DNA of 31,184 bases from Candidatus Hodarchaeaceae archaeon (lineage in GTDB: Archaea; Hadarchaeota; Hadarchaeia; Hadarchaeales; Hadarchaeaceae). Positions 26,699 to 31,184 of this stretch are shown here, in pieces; the first letter of the stretch is position 1; each line of letters starts with the position of its first letter. The DNA lies in the NCBI GenBank assembly GCA_030018135.1, contig JASEGJ010000012.1:1-31184 (forward strand). The letters are read 5' to 3'. Position numbers and translations under genes: made by a program. Below the pieces are notes generated by a model. It saw only the letters and a list, made by a program, of their open reading frames with translations, did not search any database and was not told the origin of the DNA.

Positions 26699-27232
26699 AT
26701 GGAAGTGTTCGAGGCCATTCGGAGGAGGAAGTCGGTCCGGGCATACTTGCCAACTCCCGTGCCGAGGGAGAAGCTGGAAAAGATCTTGGAGGCAGCTCGC
26801 TTGGCACCCTCGGCCGAAAACATCCAACCTTGGTACTTCGTGGTCGTGACGGATCCAGAGCGAAGGAGGCGGATCGCGAAAAGCGGGAGGTTTGCCAAGT
26901 TTCTGGTCGAATCTCCGGTCGTGATCGTCGGCTGCGGCGACCAAAGGGCCTCGCCGAGATGGCACTTGGTCGATGTCGCCATAGCTATGCAAAACATGGT
27001 CTTGGCCGCGACCGGCGAGGGCCTCGGGACCTGCTGGGTTGGGAGCTTCGACGAGGGGGTGGTCAGGAGGCTTTTAAAAATTCCGGAGCGCTTCAGGGTA
27101 ATCGCCCTCCTAGCGGTGGGTCATCCGCGCGGGAAACTCGACCTGCTGGGAAAAATGGTGCACCTCATCCATAGAAGGAAAAAGTTAGGGGAGATGGTGG
27201 GCTTCGAGGAGTACGGGGGCCCGTTCAGATAG
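26699..27232 (+). CDS. Nitroreductase family flavoprotein
   Basis: AIRRRKSVRAY, ARLAPSAENIQPWYFVVV, QNMVLAATGEGLGTCWVG. Confidence 0.92.
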   Translation: MEVFEAIRRRKSVRAYLPTPVPREKLEKILEAARLAPSAENIQPWYFVVVTDPERRRRIAKSGRFAKFLVESPVVIVGCGDQRASPRWHLVDVAIAMQNMVLAATGEGLGTCWVGSFDEGVVRRLLKIPERFRVIALLAVGHPRGKLDLLGKMVHLIHRRKKLGEMVGFEEYGGPFR

Positions 27233-27233
27233 C

Positions 27234-27704
27234 TCACTCCCTTCCCTTGGCCGCATCTAAAATTGCGTCGATGATCTGTCTGTAGCCCGTGCACCTGCAG
27301 AGGATGCCGCCCACTGCCTCCTTCACCTCGTCCTCGCTGGGGTGGGGGTTCCTCTTCAGCAGCGCCTCCCCGGCGACGATGAACGCGGGGGTGCAAAAGC
27401 CGCACTGCACCGCGCCGTGCTCGATGAACGCACGCTGGAGGCGCGTGAGTTTCTCCCCCTTCGCCAGCCCTTCGATGGTCGTCACCTCTCGCCCATCGAC
27501 CTCGACCGCCAACACTAGGCAAGATTTAACTGGCTCCCCATCCATGAGGACCGTGCATAACCCGCAGTCCCCGCGCTCGCACGCGCGCTTGGTGCCGGTC
27601 ATCTCGAGGTCCTCCCGAAGGAGCTGAAGCAGGGTCCTGTTCGCCTCGACCTCCAGCTCGTGGCGCTCGCCGTTGACCGAGAATGAAATTTTGTGCCTCG
27701 ACAT
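27234..27704 (-). CDS. Xanthine dehydrogenase/CoxS-family [2Fe-2S] small subunit
   Basis: CERGDCGLCTV, KSC, QCGFCTP, CRCTGY; start ATG 27704. Confidence 0.93.
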   Translation of the reverse strand: MSRHKISFSVNGERHELEVEANRTLLQLLREDLEMTGTKRACERGDCGLCTVLMDGEPVKSCLVLAVEVDGREVTTIEGLAKGEKLTRLQRAFIEHGAVQCGFCTPAFIVAGEALLKRNPHPSEDEVKEAVGGILCRCTGYRQIIDAILDAAKGRE

Positions 27705-28564
27705 CAGCTCACCCCAAGCAGCTGCCTGAGAACCCGTCTCGTGAGTACGCCGGCCATGTGCAGGCGATACTCCCTGCTGGCCCGAACATCGGAGATCGGG
27801 GAAATTCTCTGCACAACGACTGAAGCAGCTTTCTCTATTCGCTCCTCTATCGAACCCTCCCCCCGAAATATATCCTCGACCTCGGAGATGAGGAGCGGCG
27901 TTGGGGCGACGGATGATAGCGCGACGCGCACGAACTTCTTGCCGGAGTCTGCCGCGAGGGCCGCGACCCCCACTACTGCCAGGTCCTCGCCTCGCGTGCG
28001 CCCCCACTTTAGATAGTCGCTCTTGGCCCCTTCCGGCGGATTCGGTATCCGCACACCCCTGACGAATTCGCCTCGCTCAAGGGTCGTCCGCTTGACGCCC
28101 ACGAAGAAGTCCCGGATCGGGATTGTCCTCTCGCCCCTCGCACCCACGACCTCCACCCCTCCATCGAGAACCAGAAGCGCCGGAGCGGTGTCGGCTGCGG
28201 GGGAGGCGTTGCATATGTTGCCCACCAGCGTCGCACGGTTCCTTATCGTCGGGTCTGCCAGCACGCTCGCCGCCTTCCAGAGCGCGCCGAAGCGCTGCTC
28301 GACGATTTCCGAGCCGATCAACTCATTCAGCGTGACCGCAGCGCCGATCATCAGCCCTCGCCCTTTGTCCCACGAGAGCTCGCGCAACTCCTCGATGCCC
28401 TTGATATCTATCACGCACTTCGGCCTGACAAGCCTGTCTCTCATCAATACAAAAAGATCGGTACCTCCCGCAAGTATTTTTGCATCCGCTCCGTGCCCAG
28501 CGAGCAAGGAGACGAGCCCCTCGATCGTTTTCGGCCTGAAGTAGCTAAATTCAGGTAGCGGCAT
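27704..28564 (-). CDS. Xanthine dehydrogenase/CoxM-family FAD-binding medium subunit
   Basis: LAGGTDL, IRNRATLVGNICNASPAAD, DVRASREYR. Confidence 0.93.
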   Translation of the reverse strand: MPLPEFSYFRPKTIEGLVSLLAGHGADAKILAGGTDLFVLMRDRLVRPKCVIDIKGIEELRELSWDKGRGLMIGAAVTLNELIGSEIVEQRFGALWKAASVLADPTIRNRATLVGNICNASPAADTAPALLVLDGGVEVVGARGERTIPIRDFFVGVKRTTLERGEFVRGVRIPNPPEGAKSDYLKWGRTRGEDLAVVGVAALAADSGKKFVRVALSSVAPTPLLISEVEDIFRGEGSIEERIEKAASVVVQRISPISDVRASREYRLHMAGVLTRRVLRQLLGVS

Positions 28565-30893
28565 TTTTCCTCCCCTTCTGAAGCGCCCTCCAAACTTTTT
28601 CTCGGGTCATCGGGATCTCGAAGAGGTCGACCCCAATGGCATCGTAAATGGCGTTCGCTATCGCAGGCTCGATGGATATCCTCGGGTGCTCGCCGATGCC
28701 CCTCACGCCGTGGGGAGCGTTGCGCTGGGGGTTCTCTATGGGGATAAACACCAACTCATCCGGGATGTCCTGCGCCCTGCAGATCTTGTAATCGGTTAGG
28801 TTGTTATTCAACAGCACGCCCCTCCCGTTGAATATGAACTCCTCCATGAGCGCGCTCCCGATGCCCTGCACGATGCCCCCGTATATCTGACCCTCCAACA
28901 GCGACGGGTTGATGGCCTTTCCGATGTCAAACGCTGAGACCACCTTGATCACCTTAACATCGCCGGTTTCCGGGTCCACCTCCACCTCCGCCCCCTGCGC
29001 TCCGAAGGTCCACATGAGCGCCGGCAGCCCCTGCCCCGTTTCCGGGTCGAGGTTGGTCAGCCCCTCGGCGGTGTAATAACCGTAGCCGAGCACGGGGCCG
29101 CCGATGCCCCTGCCGTCGGGGAAAATACCCGCGGTCGCAAGCTTCGCTAAGGGCAAGCCCTTGTCTGGCCTCCCGGGCACGAATACCTTCTCGTCGGCCA
29201 CCACGAGCTCCTCCTCTGGAACTCCGAGCAACTGCGCGGCCATGCCTTTCACCTGCTCCTTGAGCTTTCTGGCGGCGTTGAGCGTGGCATTGCCCTCCAT
29301 GAAGAGGCCGCGGCTCGCGACGGTCTGCCAGGAGTAAGGGCCGAAATCCGTTTCCTGTTTTGTGACGACCTTGACCTTCTCGATCGGCATCTGCAGTTCC
29401 TCCGCCACCATCTGAGCTAAGGCGGTCGGGGTTCCTTGACCAATTTCCGTCGAGCTGATGGATAGGGTGACGCTACCATCCTCGTTGAGCTTCAGTATCG
29501 CGGAGGAGGAGGTAAAGGACGGCATCGCCGGAGCCTTCCAAAGCGCGGCTATCCCTATGCCGCGGAGTTTCCCACCGACCTGCTTTGGTCCCTTCTTTCC
29601 CCAGCCTATCGCCTCGGCGACGGCATTGATGCACTCGTCCACCCGCCCGGCATCCTCGCGGAGCTTCTCGCCCGTGGCGGTGATGCGCCCCGGCAGCGCG
29701 GCGTTTTTAAGACGGAACTCCACGGGATCCATGCCGATCGCCCTGGCAACCAAGTCCATCTGCCGCTCCACCGCGAAGTGGAACTCCGCGTGGCCGAACC
29801 CCCTATAAGCGGTGCCGTATGGATGATTGGTGTAGATGGTCAGGCTATCGCACTTCACGTTCGGGATCTCGTACGGCCCGGTGCACGAGTAGCCTGCGGC
29901 TCGCCCTATATTCACCCCGTAATCTGCGTAAGCTCCAGCGTCCCAAACGTAGAGGAATTCCCCAGCGACGATTTTTCCGTCTCGCTTGACCCCGGTCTTG
30001 ATGCGCGCGTAGAAGCCCTGGCGGACGGCGGTCGTGTTGAACTGCTCCTCGCGGGTCATCACAAGCTTCACAGGCCTTCCGCCGACCTTTTTAGACAGGA
30101 GGACCACCAAAGGTTCCCAGTGCAGCCCAGCCTTTCCGCCGAAGCCCCCGCCGACGTACGGAACTACAACGTTGATCTTGTGGATGGGGACGCCCAGCCC
30201 CGCGCTCAGGAGGTGTCTGACGGCGAAGGGAGATTGGGCGCTCGTCCAGATGTTTATCTGTCCATTGGGAAGCCACTGTCCTATAGAGGTGTGGGTCTCC
30301 ATCTGCACGTTTTGGACTTGCGGCTGGTAGAACTCGTTCTCCAAGATCACATCCGCCTCCTTGAAGCCGCGCTCCACATCGCCTTTGCGGAGCTTGAAGT
30401 GGTTGGCGATATTCGTGTGGGGTTTCGGGAAGATGAAGGGAGCGTGCTTGTACTCGTGAAGGCGTTCGTGAACCAGAGGAGCACCCTCCTTCCAAGCCTC
30501 GCGGACATCGAAGATGGGGGGCAACTCCCCGTACTCTACCTTTATGAGTTCGACCGCCCGCTCCGCGATCTCCTCGGTGTCAGCCGCGACCGCGACCACT
30601 GGCTCGCCGACGTGATGAACCTTTTCCTGAGCGAGCACCTCCTTATCCTGCATGTAGATCCCAAACTTGTAGGGCACCTCCTTCCCGGTGAGGATCGCGC
30701 GAACGCCCGGAAGCTTCTCGGCCTCGCTCGTGTCTATGCGGACGATTCGAGCGTGGGCATGGGGGCTCTTCAGCAGCTTAACGTGGAGCATTCCGGGGAG
30801 CCTCAGGTCGGCGGCGTACTGGGCCGCTCCAGTTACTTTTTCAATCGCGTCGATGCGGGGAACACGCTCACCGATGTACGAATATTTTTTCAT
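28551..30893 (-). CDS. Xanthine dehydrogenase-family molybdopterin-binding large subunit
   Basis: VGGGFGGK, AYRGFG, EIGQG, TVASR, GQIYGGIVQGIG, RGIGE. Real start is ATG 30893 after GGAGG; the 875 aa ORF is over-extended. Confidence 0.93.
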   Translation of the reverse strand: MKKYSYIGERVPRIDAIEKVTGAAQYAADLRLPGMLHVKLLKSPHAHARIVRIDTSEAEKLPGVRAILTGKEVPYKFGIYMQDKEVLAQEKVHHVGEPVVAVAADTEEIAERAVELIKVEYGELPPIFDVREAWKEGAPLVHERLHEYKHAPFIFPKPHTNIANHFKLRKGDVERGFKEADVILENEFYQPQVQNVQMETHTSIGQWLPNGQINIWTSAQSPFAVRHLLSAGLGVPIHKINVVVPYVGGGFGGKAGLHWEPLVVLLSKKVGGRPVKLVMTREEQFNTTAVRQGFYARIKTGVKRDGKIVAGEFLYVWDAGAYADYGVNIGRAAGYSCTGPYEIPNVKCDSLTIYTNHPYGTAYRGFGHAEFHFAVERQMDLVARAIGMDPVEFRLKNAALPGRITATGEKLREDAGRVDECINAVAEAIGWGKKGPKQVGGKLRGIGIAALWKAPAMPSFTSSSAILKLNEDGSVTLSISSTEIGQGTPTALAQMVAEELQMPIEKVKVVTKQETDFGPYSWQTVASRGLFMEGNATLNAARKLKEQVKGMAAQLLGVPEEELVVADEKVFVPGRPDKGLPLAKLATAGIFPDGRGIGGPVLGYGYYTAEGLTNLDPETGQGLPALMWTFGAQGAEVEVDPETGDVKVIKVVSAFDIGKAINPSLLEGQIYGGIVQGIGSALMEEFIFNGRGVLLNNNLTDYKICRAQDIPDELVFIPIENPQRNAPHGVRGIGEHPRISIEPAIANAIYDAIGVDLFEIPMTREKVWRALQKGRKNAAT

Positions 30894-30935
30894 CACTCGT
30901 CCTCCTGTCCACCTCCATTGCGAAGTCTTAAAAAT

Positions 30936-30951
30936 TTTTCCTCGTAATCGC
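30936..30951 (-). promoter_or_regulatory. BRE-TATA promoter of the Mo-hydroxylase operon
   Basis: Minus strand GGAAAAA-TTTTTAAG about 45 nt upstream of ATG 30893. Confidence 0.55.
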
Positions 30952-31184
30952 CACGCTTTGGTTAATCTCTCGCTAACATTTTTGATGAATTGAGCCCACG
31001 CGGTTTCCATGTTGCAAGTAACGTCATGATCGTCTCGTGGATTGAGGGTCGTCCTCAAGCACAAGCTTAGTTGATTATAGGGCTTGTAGAGCTTGTGTAG
31101 GGCTCTTCGGGTAGGCTTAGCCCCATAACGGTGCCGTTCAAATAAGGCTTTAATTTTTGAACCATAATCCATCGTCAATGGAGA

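Noticed and set aside
28551-31178. 875 aa large subunit with N-terminal extension; aerobic CO dehydrogenase
   Set aside because: SD and promoter place the start at 30893, and the AYxCSFR motif is absent.
1-31184. CRISPR array, rRNA or intact transposase/integrase
   Set aside because: No regularly spaced direct repeats, rRNA-like stretch or DDE/tyrosine-recombinase ORF was seen by eye.

Overview
Archaeal chromosomal window: archaeal-type TFE, aTrm56, MBF1, PAN, ATP-dependent ligase, BRE/TATA promoters and a tRNA without encoded CCA. The gene mix is compatible with a Hadarchaeota-like or other deep-branching euryarchaeal lineage (inference only). (1) 1-3050 is a decayed, partly AT-rich accessory patch: YgjP/M48 remnant apparently interrupted near the window edge, PD-(D/E)xK nuclease, RadC/JAB, Zn-ribbon+AbrB antitoxin with truncated toxin. 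(2) 3060-10173 holds a minus-strand run of split MetE, JAMM protease, a C-terminally anchored surface protein, an exported pseudomurein-binding-repeat/transglutaminase-like protein, mptE and mptD, facing a divergent methanogenesis-marker-14 (DUF2114) homologue with degenerate ATPase motifs. (3) DNA ligase and an Aeropyrum-type archaeal mevalonate operon (mvk, UbiD-type AMP decarboxylase, AcnX-type PMDh L/S). (4) tRNA-Val(CAC), TRAM, B3/B4 protein, modABC. (5) The conserved HD-tfe-trm56-hflX-mbf1-pan neighbourhood. (6) Thermonuclease, a candidate C/D-box sRNA, nitroreductase and a xanthine-dehydrogenase-family L-M-S operon. Several genes carry single-base frameshifts at homopolymers, probably assembly errors. 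The most unusual items are the PeiW/PeiP-like surface enzyme locus and the degenerate marker-14 gene next to split MetE and pterin genes. All family calls come from motif recognition by eye; no searches were run.
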